This document shows, piece after piece, positions 30,672 to 39,017 of a stretch of DNA of 64,000 nt (positions within the stretch are counted from its first letter, which is position 1; every line of letters starts with the position of its first letter). The notes beneath the pieces were generated by a model that was not told the DNA's origin, did no database searches, and saw nothing but the letters and a program-made list of their open reading frames with translations. The stretch is from an uncultured Solirubrobacterales bacterium. GTDB taxonomy: Bacteria; Actinomycetota; Thermoleophilia; Solirubrobacterales; Solirubrobacteraceae. The stretch spans positions 210,665-274,664 of the forward strand of contig CAVWFJ010000018.1 of the NCBI GenBank assembly GCA_963754055.1, written 5' to 3'. Both the position numbers and the translations under genes were made by a program.

Positions 30672-30964
30672 TCCCACTATCAGGAGGGTGTACATGGCCG
30701 AGACAGAGCGGCAGCCGGACACGATTGCCGAAGAGGCTGCCAAGGATCTCGAGCTCCAGCCGGACCAGGCCAAAGACGTCAAGGGTGGCATCAGGGAACC
30801 GAGGCCGATTCTCGAGCAGCTCGAAGCACCGCCGCCGGGGCCGTAAGTCGTACCGGCCGTCAAACGGTCACATACTCAACTATTCACTCTCCGCTCGCCC
30901 CGCGAGTCTTGGCGCTGAGCAGGCCAGGCGGGTGAGCGGGCATGTTGTCCCACTATCAGGAGGG
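30672..30964 (+). repeat. Identical 17-bp direct repeat tcccactatcaggaggg before both precursor genes (30672-30688 and 30948-30964)
   Basis: Direct sequence comparison; contains the Shine-Dalgarno. Confidence 0.85.
30694..30846 (+). CDS. Double-glycine leader precursor peptide 1 (50 aa)
   Basis: MAETERQPDTIAEEAAKDLELQPDQAKDVKGG|IREPRPILEQLEAPPPGP; AGGAGG RBS; paralogous to next ORF. Confidence 0.8.
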   Translation: MAETERQPDTIAEEAAKDLELQPDQAKDVKGGIREPRPILEQLEAPPPGP

Positions 30965-30970
30965 CGTTGC

Positions 30971-31141
30971 ATGACCGGGCAAGACGAGCAGCCGGGACGG
31001 CTGTCCGAAGAGGCCGAGGACCTAGAGCTTCAGGCTGACCAGTCGAAAGACGTGAAGGGCGGGATCAAGGACCCGAGGGTCAAGTACGAGCAGCTCGACG
31101 AGATCTCGCTCGTGGACGAGCAGGGGCCGGGGGGTCTCTAG
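30971..31141 (+). CDS. Double-glycine leader precursor peptide 2 (56 aa)
   Basis: MTGQDEQPGRLSEEAEDLELQADQSKDVKGG|IKDPRVKYEQLDEISLVDEQGPGGL; AGGAGG RBS. Confidence 0.8.
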   Translation: MTGQDEQPGRLSEEAEDLELQADQSKDVKGGIKDPRVKYEQLDEISLVDEQGPGGL

Positions 31142-31375
31142 CGATCCGGCCGGTCCGGCGTTTCGACCATTACTTATCGATTCACCTTTTGTGCGGGGCT
31201 ACGTCCGCGTCTTGCGCGCGTGGCCCCGCCACGGTGAGTGGTGACCAATCTGTGACGCGTCGCTGATTTGACGTGAACATTTGTCGCGCGCGCGACACAA
31301 AAGCTGTGCACAACTCTCGCGATGGCCGCGGGAGTGATGTAGTGCAGACTTCGTGAGGATTATTCAGGGACGGCC

Positions 31376-32464
31376 ATGGACGCAGGGACGACTGTAAGGG
31401 GCGCCGACTTCTACAACTTCCACGCGGTTCCGCAGCACGCCGCCGCGATCAATGGCGCCCTTCCGATGCTGGAAGAGGCGATCGCGGGCTTCCGCGCAGC
31501 AGTCACGGCCGATCGCGGGACCGGCCAATCGCGATCGCCGATCGTGGTCGGCGATTACGGCTGCGCGGGCGGCCGGAACTCGATCGAGCCGATCGCCGCG
31601 ATGATCGCCGGTATCCGCAGCGTGCACCCGACCCGGCCAATCGTCGCCGCGTACATCGATCAGCCGGCTAATGATTTCTCACCGCTGTTCCATGACGAAG
31701 CTGATAACGCCGACCCGATGGTGTTTCCAATCATCGTCGGCCGCTCGTTCTATGGGCCCGTCCTGCCACCGGGGACGGTGTCCCTTGGCTGGTCCAGCCA
31801 TTCAGTGCACTGGTTGAGTCGGGCCCCCACGATCGTCCCCGACCATGTGTTCATCCCGATGGCCACGGAGGAGCTGCGCGAGCGGTGGGCGGCGCGCGCC
31901 GCCGCCGACTGGCACGCCTTTCTTGCTCATCGTGCCGCGGAGCTCGAGCCGGATGGACAGCTGGTGATCGAGCTGGCGGCGATCGGGCCCGATGGCACCG
32001 GCGGCTCGGAACCGCTCTACGGAGTGCTCGACGAAGCGATTGCGACCTTGGTGCAGCGCGGGCGGCTGGCCAAGGCGGAGGCCGACCGGATCGCCATGCC
32101 GGTCTATAACCGGACCGAGCGCGAGCTGATCGCGCCCTTCCAGAGCGCCGAGATTGGCGCGCTGCTGCGGCTGGACGCGCTCCGGATCAGGAGTTCGCCG
32201 GATCCGTTCCTTGAAGCTTTCGAGCGCACCAGGGACGCGCACGCCTTCGCGGCGTGCTGGACCGCCACCGTGCGCGCGTTCAGCGAACAGGCCTTCTTCA
32301 GCCCCTCGGGCCTACCCGGTCGGAGCGACTCCGGGCGCGTCGAGCTCGCCGAGGGCTTCTATCAACTGGTGTTCGAACTGATCGCCGCCGAGCCGCTCCG
32401 GGCGAGTAACCATTGGAACGTCGCCGACCTCAGGATCGTGCGGACGGAAGCCGCGCTCGAATGA
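31376..32464 (+). CDS. SAM-dependent carboxyl methyltransferase (SABATH/Methyltransf_7-like)
   Basis: DYGCAGGRNS, DQPANDFSPLF, GRSFYGPVLP, SHSVHWLS, DWHAFLAHRAAEL motifs. Confidence 0.8.
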   Translation: MDAGTTVRGADFYNFHAVPQHAAAINGALPMLEEAIAGFRAAVTADRGTGQSRSPIVVGDYGCAGGRNSIEPIAAMIAGIRSVHPTRPIVAAYIDQPANDFSPLFHDEADNADPMVFPIIVGRSFYGPVLPPGTVSLGWSSHSVHWLSRAPTIVPDHVFIPMATEELRERWAARAAADWHAFLAHRAAELEPDGQLVIELAAIGPDGTGGSEPLYGVLDEAIATLVQRGRLAKAEADRIAMPVYNRTERELIAPFQSAEIGALLRLDALRIRSSPDPFLEAFERTRDAHAFAACWTATVRAFSEQAFFSPSGLPGRSDSGRVELAEGFYQLVFELIAAEPLRASNHWNVADLRIVRTEAALE

Positions 32465-35400
32465 CCACGCTCGTCACGATCACCTGTGCAGCGTGTGGCG
32501 GTCAGACCCCGGCGGGGAAGAAGTTCTGCGTGCAGTGCGGCACGCCGGTCTCGGAGTCGTGTCCCTCGTGTGGGGCCCACGCTGCCCCCGGCGCGCGCTT
32601 TTGTTTTGAATGCGGCACTCCATTGGCCGGCGAGCCGGCGGCGTCGTCGGCCCCGGGGGTGACGGCCGCTGAGCGCCGGGTCGTGTCGGTCCTGTTCGTC
32701 GACCTGGTGGGCTTCGACGCGTTGTCGGGGGATCGCGACCCCGAAGAGGTGCGCGAACTGCTTTCGCGCTACTTCGCGGGCTGTCGGACGACGATCGAGC
32801 GCTACGGCGGCGTGGTGGAGAAGTTCATCGGGGACGCCGTGTGCTCCGTGTGGGGTGCGCCGGTGGCGCGCGAGGACGACGCCGAGCGGGCGGTTCGCGC
32901 GGCCCTGACGCTGCTTCAGGGAGTTCGTACGCTTGGCGTGGAGGTTGGCGCGCCCGAGCTGCGCGCGCGCGCTGGGGTGCTCACCGGTTTGGCGGCGGTC
33001 AGGATCGGCGCCGAGGCGGACAGCATGGTCCATGGTGACGCGGTCAATACGGCGTCGCGGCTTCAGTCGATCGCGGCGTCGGATTCGGTGTTGGTGGATG
33101 ACGTCACCCACCGCGCCTCCGAGGCGGCGATTGTCTACGAGGAAGCCGGTAACCATCAGGTCAAGGGGCGGGCACAACCCGTTCATGCTTGGACGGCCCT
33201 GCGCGTGGTGGCCGGGGCCGGCGGCGCGCTCCGCCGCGTCGGGCTCGAGGCTCCGTTCGTCGGACGAGATCGCGAACTCGGGCTGATCGTCGACGCCGCC
33301 GAGATCAGTGCCACGCAGCGGCGCGCGCAACTGGTCACGATCGTTGGCGAAGCCGGATTGGGGAAGTCGCGGCTGCTGTGGGAGTTCTTCAAGTACGTCG
33401 ACGGCATCGACGAGCAAAGTTGGTGGCATCAAGGTCGCTGTCTCTCCTACGGCACCGGCCTGACCTTCTGGGCGCTGGCCGAGATGGTCCGTGGCCGCCT
33501 CGAGATCGTCGAGGGGGAGGACCGCGCCACCGCGCGTCAGAAGCTTCAGGCCGCGCTCGCCGAGCACGTCCCCGACGATCGCGAACGTCGGCTGATCGAG
33601 CCACGCCTGGCGCACCTGCTCAGCGTGGAGCAGCGCACCTCTCCTGACCGCGCCGACCTGTTCAGCGGATGGCGTTTGTTCTTCGAACGCCTGGCCGATA
33701 CCGGCCCGGTCATCCTGGCCTTCGAGGATCTCGAGTGGGCCGACTCCGGCCTACTCGACTTCATCGACTACATGCTCGAGTGGTGCGCGGACTTCCCGAT
33801 CCTGATTCTCGCCCTCGGCCGTCCCGAGATGCTCCACGCCCGGCCGGGATGGACGCCGAACATCGTTCTTGACCCGCTCGGCGAGGCCTCGATGACGGAG
33901 CTGCTGGGTGGTCTGGTCCCCGGCCTGCCGGACGATCTAGCCACCCAGATCAGACGTCGCGCCGAAGGAGTGCCGGTCTACGCGGTGGAAACGGTACGGA
34001 TGCTGCTCGATCGGGGACTGGTGGCTCAGCGAGGCGCCCGCTATGTCGTCACCGGCGACGTCTCGGATCTCGAGGTGCCCGAGAGCCTGCACACGCTGGC
34101 CATGGCGCGGCTCGACAACCTTGACGTCGCGGAACGGACACTGCTCCAGGATGCCGCCGTGATCGGCCAGACCTTTACCCTGGCTGTACTGGTCGCGGTT
34201 GCCGGGCGCGCGGAAGCCGAGGTCCGAAAAGTGCTCGACGCGCTGGTCGTCAAGCAGCTGCTCAGTTACATCGACGACGCCCGTTCGGCGGACCGAGGTC
34301 AATATGCGTTCCGGCAACCGCTGGTGCGTCAAGTGGCGCTCGGCACCCTCTCCCGGCGCGATCGCAAGGCACGGCACTTATCCGTCGCGCGTCACCTCGA
34401 GGAGACCCAGGGGGAGGAGATCGGCGAGCACGCCGACCTTCTGGCCAGTCACTACCTCGATGCGGTAGCGGCCGATCCGAACGCCGCCGACGCGTCCGCG
34501 ATCCGGACCTCGGCGTGCGAGACCCTCGCCGCGGCCGGACACCGGGCGCTGTCGCTGGCGCTTGGGCTTGAAGCCCGCCGTCATCTCGAGCGAGCCGCCG
34601 AGCTCGCCACCGACCCTCTGGCGCGCAGTCGGCTGCTGTGTGAGGCGGGCCTTGCCGCGGACCTCGGTGGTGAGCTCGAGGACGCGCTGTCGCTTCTGAC
34701 CTCGGCGATCACCGGACTTCGGGAGGCCGGGATCGTGTCGGAAGCCGCCACCGCCGAGGGCCACGTGGCCAAGGTGCTGATGGAGCTCGGCCGCCTCGAT
34801 GAGGCCTCAGACCGTCTCGAGACCGCCTTCCAGGCGATCGACGATGGGCGCGAGGACGAGTCGGCGGCCGACCTGGCCGAGCGACGAGCCGAGGTGGCGC
34901 TGATGCGGGCCAACCTGCCCGACGCGCTCAGGCTGGTTGAGCCGGCGCTCCGGATCGCGGACAGCCAGCGATTGGGGCGGATCCTCGCGCGCTCGCTGAT
35001 CACCAAGAGCAATGTGCTGGCCGAGGTCGGGCGTCCCGGCGAGGCCGTGGCCCTGATGCGCTACGCCGTCGACGTCGCCGTTGGCGAGGAGCTTCCCGCC
35101 GAGGCGGCCCGCGGCTACGGCAAGCTTGCCGACTTCGAAATGGCGCAGGCCCGCTTCACCGAAGGGCTCGAGCTCCTGGAGCGCGGCCTCGCCTTCGTCC
35201 GGCGGCGGGGGGACAGGCCGGGCGAGCGGAGGCTGCTCGCCGAGGTCGTGGTCGCGCACATCGCCCTCGGCCAGTGGGACGCCGCGGTGCAGCTCATCGG
35301 CGACCTGCGCGAGCAGCCGGCCGACATCCGCACCGTTCAGGTGACCACGTTGCTGCCGCTGATCCTCTCCGCCCGCGGGGACGTCGGCGGACTGCAGCAG

Positions 35401-35967
35401 CTGCTGGACGAGTCGTGGGGCGAGTTCGCCTCTTGGCGCGAGGCCCGCCTCGGCTACGAGTTCGCTCGGGCGGTCATCCTGCGCGACCTCGGGCGCCACG
35501 CCGAGGCGCTTGACCACGCTCGAGCGGCGGTCGCGGGGCTGATCGAGAGTTCGGTCGCTCACTTGCCGCTCGTGTTCGCCGAGGCCGTCGAGTGCGCCTT
35601 CGCCGCCGGCCGGACGGAGGTCGTACAGGAGATGCTCGAGCACGTCGAGCGGCTCACGACGGCTCAGCGGATCCCGCTGCTCGGGGCGGAGGCGGCTAGA
35701 GCGCGGGGGCGCGCGGCCGCGCACCGAGGTGAACTGGACACGGCCGAGCAATGGTTCAAACGCGCTGGTCATCTCCTCCGCGAGCTGTCGACGCCGTTCC
35801 ATCTCGCGCGCGTCCAGCTCGAGCACGCCGAGGTGCTGGCTGCCGGACAGGCGGCCACCGGCGAGATGGTGAGGCTCTGTCAAGAGGCTGAGGCGGTGTT
35901 TCGAGAGCTGCGGGCGGCGCCGTGGCTCGAGCGCACGCGCGCGCTGGATCTGGTGTCAGCTGCGTAA
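32461..35967 (+). CDS. Double zinc ribbon - class III adenylate/guanylate cyclase - STAND AAA ATPase - TPR protein
   Basis: Four CxxC motifs; VLFVDLVGF, EKFIGDAV, GDAVNTASRLQ; VGEAGLGKS, FEDLEWAD; ATGA overlap with methyltransferase stop. Confidence 0.9.
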   Translation: MTTLVTITCAACGGQTPAGKKFCVQCGTPVSESCPSCGAHAAPGARFCFECGTPLAGEPAASSAPGVTAAERRVVSVLFVDLVGFDALSGDRDPEEVRELLSRYFAGCRTTIERYGGVVEKFIGDAVCSVWGAPVAREDDAERAVRAALTLLQGVRTLGVEVGAPELRARAGVLTGLAAVRIGAEADSMVHGDAVNTASRLQSIAASDSVLVDDVTHRASEAAIVYEEAGNHQVKGRAQPVHAWTALRVVAGAGGALRRVGLEAPFVGRDRELGLIVDAAEISATQRRAQLVTIVGEAGLGKSRLLWEFFKYVDGIDEQSWWHQGRCLSYGTGLTFWALAEMVRGRLEIVEGEDRATARQKLQAALAEHVPDDRERRLIEPRLAHLLSVEQRTSPDRADLFSGWRLFFERLADTGPVILAFEDLEWADSGLLDFIDYMLEWCADFPILILALGRPEMLHARPGWTPNIVLDPLGEASMTELLGGLVPGLPDDLATQIRRRAEGVPVYAVETVRMLLDRGLVAQRGARYVVTGDVSDLEVPESLHTLAMARLDNLDVAERTLLQDAAVIGQTFTLAVLVAVAGRAEAEVRKVLDALVVKQLLSYIDDARSADRGQYAFRQPLVRQVALGTLSRRDRKARHLSVARHLEETQGEEIGEHADLLASHYLDAVAADPNAADASAIRTSACETLAAAGHRALSLALGLEARRHLERAAELATDPLARSRLLCEAGLAADLGGELEDALSLLTSAITGLREAGIVSEAATAEGHVAKVLMELGRLDEASDRLETAFQAIDDGREDESAADLAERRAEVALMRANLPDALRLVEPALRIADSQRLGRILARSLITKSNVLAEVGRPGEAVALMRYAVDVAVGEELPAEAARGYGKLADFEMAQARFTEGLELLERGLAFVRRRGDRPGERRLLAEVVVAHIALGQWDAAVQLIGDLREQPADIRTVQVTTLLPLILSARGDVGGLQQLLDESWGEFASWREARLGYEFARAVILRDLGRHAEALDHARAAVAGLIESSVAHLPLVFAEAVECAFAAGRTEVVQEMLEHVERLTTAQRIPLLGAEAARARGRAAAHRGELDTAEQWFKRAGHLLRELSTPFHLARVQLEHAEVLAAGQAATGEMVRLCQEAEAVFRELRAAPWLERTRALDLVSAA

Positions 35968-36001
35968 ACGACCGCCACCTCCGCAGTGCCACCGTAGCTC
36001 C

Positions 36002-37573
36002 GTGCGTACGATCGCATGGACGATCGTCGTAGCCACGCTGCTGGCTGCCGGTTACCCGAACCCGGCCACCGCCGGGACGGGCACCTTCACCGCGGCTGCA
36101 TCGATGGACAGCCCGCGGGGATCGTTGGGAACCGCGACGCTCAGCGATGGCGACGTGCTCGTCGCGGGTGGCTACTACTCGTCCGGTTATGCCGTCACCA
36201 ACACCGCCGAGCTTTACGACCCAACCACCAACTCATGGTCCGACACGGGCAGCATGACCACGCCGCGAGCCCTGTTCAAGATGACGACGCTCCCCAACGG
36301 TGAGGTCCTTGCCGACGGAGGCGTCCGCAGCGGTTCACCCGGCAGCGGTGACGCCGTGTTCAACAGCTCCGCCGAGATCTACAACCCGAGCACCGGGGAG
36401 TGGAGCGCTGTCGCGTCGATGAACACCGCGCGAGCCGATATGGATCAGCAGCTCCTCAGCAACGGCGACGTTCTCACCTGCGGAGGAATCACGTCCAACA
36501 CGAGCATCATGACCGACACATGCGAGGTCTATAACTCGAGCCAGAATTCGTGGACCTATACCGGCTCGCTGCCCGTCACCGCCGGACTCGGCGTGCCGGG
36601 CTACCCGATGATCGAATTCACCAGCGGCCCGCTCGATGGCGAGTTCCTGGTCTCGGGCGGCTTCACCAACGGACAGATCCCAGTCGCCAACGCCGAGCTC
36701 TACGATCCGACCACCGGCAAATGGACCGCGACCGGCTCGATGAACAGTCTTCGCGGGGGGTTCTCCACCACGATGCTCGACGACGGCTACGTGTTGGCGG
36801 CGGGAGGGGCGCAAACCGGAGGTACGCCCACGATCACGGACACCGCCGAACTTTACGATCCGACCAGCGGGAGCTGGACCTATACCGGTTCGATGAACCA
36901 GGAACGCGCTCGGCAGACGGCGACGCTGCTGAGCGATGGGACCGTTCTGGTCACCGGCGGCTACGGCGCCGCCGAGATACCGACCGACACGGCCGAAATC
37001 TACGATCCGGATACCAGCAGCTGGAGCTACACGGGGTCACTTTCGCTGGCCGTCTCAAATAGCTCGGCCGTCACGCTGACCACCGGTAAGGTGCTGATCA
37101 TTGGTGGCATCGAAACCACCACGTTCACTCCGGTCGATAATGCCTGGCTGTACGGCGGTCCTGCCCTCTCAACCGGTGAGGTCAGCTTTCCTTCCACTAG
37201 CATCGCGAGCGTCAGCGCGGCGCGCGGGGTCTTATTCTCGAATCGAGGGCCACGCAAGGTATGGCTGAGTCCAAAGCTCGCGGGTGCCGGTTCCAGCCAG
37301 TTCGCGCTCGACGCCGTCAGCTGCCATAGGAACCTTCGTCCGGGTGGCCGCTGTGTGCTCAAGGTCTGTCTGGCCCCGATTCGCGCCGGGCGTTTCACGG
37401 CCCACCTCCAGGTCGTGGTGCGGGGTCACACGACGCTGTCGGTGCTGCTCGAGGGTCGGGCCAGGTACCTGCCCACCGCGCGCCGAGGTCAGTCGTCAGT
37501 CCCCGACGGCGGCCGGTCGAACCTTCGGGTTGGCGCACGCGGCCCGGACCGTTTGCGATACGTGTGCGGCTAG
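36002..37573 (+). CDS. Secreted Kelch-repeat beta-propeller protein with probable C-terminal Ig-like domain
   Basis: Signal peptide; six repeats of the form AE(L/I)YDPxxxxWxxTGSM with VLVxGG; beta-rich C-terminal domain with two Cys (CHRNLRPGGRC). Confidence 0.8.
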   Translation: MRTIAWTIVVATLLAAGYPNPATAGTGTFTAAASMDSPRGSLGTATLSDGDVLVAGGYYSSGYAVTNTAELYDPTTNSWSDTGSMTTPRALFKMTTLPNGEVLADGGVRSGSPGSGDAVFNSSAEIYNPSTGEWSAVASMNTARADMDQQLLSNGDVLTCGGITSNTSIMTDTCEVYNSSQNSWTYTGSLPVTAGLGVPGYPMIEFTSGPLDGEFLVSGGFTNGQIPVANAELYDPTTGKWTATGSMNSLRGGFSTTMLDDGYVLAAGGAQTGGTPTITDTAELYDPTSGSWTYTGSMNQERARQTATLLSDGTVLVTGGYGAAEIPTDTAEIYDPDTSSWSYTGSLSLAVSNSSAVTLTTGKVLIIGGIETTTFTPVDNAWLYGGPALSTGEVSFPSTSIASVSAARGVLFSNRGPRKVWLSPKLAGAGSSQFALDAVSCHRNLRPGGRCVLKVCLAPIRAGRFTAHLQVVVRGHTTLSVLLEGRARYLPTARRGQSSVPDGGRSNLRVGARGPDRLRYVCG

Positions 37574-37593
37574 TGGACCTTCGGGGAGGACCA

Positions 37594-37962
37594 CTACGCC
37601 TTGGAGATGAGCTCTTGGAGCTCGTCGAAGTCGATCGGTTTGGTCAGGTAGCCATTCGCGCCGAGTTCCATCGCGCGGCGGACGTAGTCTCGCGCGTGGT
37701 AGGCGGTGATGAGGTAAACGGGAGGAGCCTTTGGCCGGTTCCGCAGCGCCTCGAGCATTTCAAAACCGTCCATCCCCGGCATGCGGATGTCGGACAGAAT
37801 CAACGCCACGGAGCCGCCGTGCTCGTCGAGCCTATCGAGCGCCTGCCCTCCCGAGCCGGCGAATTCGAACCGCAATTCGCCGGCCGCGATCTGTCTGCGA
37901 AACCGCTGTTCGAACAGTGGCCGAACGTCCGCCTCGTCGTCGACCACGAGGACCAGCTTCAC
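37594..37962 (-). CDS. Stand-alone response regulator receiver protein
   Basis: VVDDE, SDIRMP, ITAY, TKPIDF; paralog of 30082-30471 and of the N-terminus of 16485-20138. Confidence 0.9.
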   Translation of the reverse strand: MKLVLVVDDEADVRPLFEQRFRRQIAAGELRFEFAGSGGQALDRLDEHGGSVALILSDIRMPGMDGFEMLEALRNRPKAPPVYLITAYHARDYVRRAMELGANGYLTKPIDFDELQELISKA

Positions 37963-38054
37963 CGGCTGAGCATAACCGATCGAGCCGGAAGCCGTTGTGA
38001 AACAAAACCTCTCACGGTGTCAGCTCGGATTGCCTCGGGTGCAACCATACGGCC

Positions 38055-39017
38055 GTGACGATCGAAGCGGTGCTGGATGCGCCGGTGTTCTCAGCGGGCG
38101 GGCGCACCTTTACCTGGGGGGACATCGTGACCGCGGCCCGGTGTCGCGGGGAGTGGCAGCGGCTCGAGACCGAGACCCGGGAGCGGATGCTGGCCGAACA
38201 AGTGGCCTCGCGCGGTTCGTCACTGCCACCCGCGGCCGAGGTTCAGGCTGCCATCGCCGCGCTCCGCTACCGCGCCAACTTGTTATCGGCCGACGAACTC
38301 AACCGCTGGCTCGGCCGATGGGGTATCAGCCTCGACGAGGTTATTGCCCACGCGCGCCGGTCGCTGTTGGATGTCGGCCAGGTCGATGCCGCGTCGGCGA
38401 CCGTCTCGTCCGAAGAGTCCGAGCGGGCAAGCTGGGTCGCGGCTGTTTGCTCGGGGACGGTGGTCTCGTTGGCCAACCGGCTCGCGCAGCAGGTCGCGGT
38501 GCATCTCCGTCAGGCGGAGGAGCAGCCGCCGGGGCCCACCGACGACGAGCTGGCCGCCGCGGCGCGAGCGGACGTTACCCGCTTCGCCGCCCAGCAGGTG
38601 ACCGAAGCGGCCCTCGCCGCGGAAACGGCCGCCAACCTCGTCGAGTGGACCCACGTCCAGTGCCGCTATCTGGCGCTGGCGGGAGAGATGGCGGCCCGCG
38701 AGGCGGCGCTGTGCGTCCGGACCGACGGGCGCTCGATCGAGGACGTCGCTCTCGACGCTGGGGTGCCGGTCAACGATCGAGGCTTCTACGTCGAGGATGT
38801 CGATCCCTCGTTGCGCGGGCAGCTTCTGGGGGCCGCGCCCGGCCAGCTGCTCGGCCCTGTGCCGGTCGCCGATCAGCACTGGCTGATCCTGATATCGGAT
38901 CGGGTGCCCGCTACGCTGGCCGACCCGGCAGTCCGAGCGCGGGCCCAGCGGAGGGTCTTGGAACGCGTGGTCACGAACGAGGTCAACCGGCGGGTGAGGT
39001 GGCATGAGCGTCTCTGA
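38055..39017 (+). CDS. PpiC/parvulin-like (SurA-type) foldase, putative peptide maturation protein
   Basis: Helical N-domain (LRYRANLLSADELNRWLGRWGIS) plus rotamase-like C-domain (AAREAALCVRTDG...LLGAAPGQLLGPV...WLILI); overlaps the transporter start; fold call by eye. Confidence 0.6.
   Translation: MTIEAVLDAPVFSAGGRTFTWGDIVTAARCRGEWQRLETETRERMLAEQVASRGSSLPPAAEVQAAIAALRYRANLLSADELNRWLGRWGISLDEVIAHARRSLLDVGQVDAASATVSSEESERASWVAAVCSGTVVSLANRLAQQVAVHLRQAEEQPPGPTDDELAAAARADVTRFAAQQVTEAALAAETAANLVEWTHVQCRYLALAGEMAAREAALCVRTDGRSIEDVALDAGVPVNDRGFYVEDVDPSLRGQLLGAAPGQLLGPVPVADQHWLILISDRVPATLADPAVRARAQRRVLERVVTNEVNRRVRWHERL

Noticed and set aside
30694-31141. Lanthipeptide, sactipeptide, lasso or azole RiPP interpretation of the precursors
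   Set aside because: Cores lack Cys (core 1 also lacks Ser/Thr), and no LanM/LanB/LanC, radical SAM, YcaO, ATP-grasp or lasso cyclase is in the window
36190-37040. Recurring DNA motifs such as gccgagctttacgac as a possible CRISPR array
   Set aside because: They are codon-level echoes of Kelch repeats, degenerate and about 150 bp apart, inside an ORF; no cas genes seen
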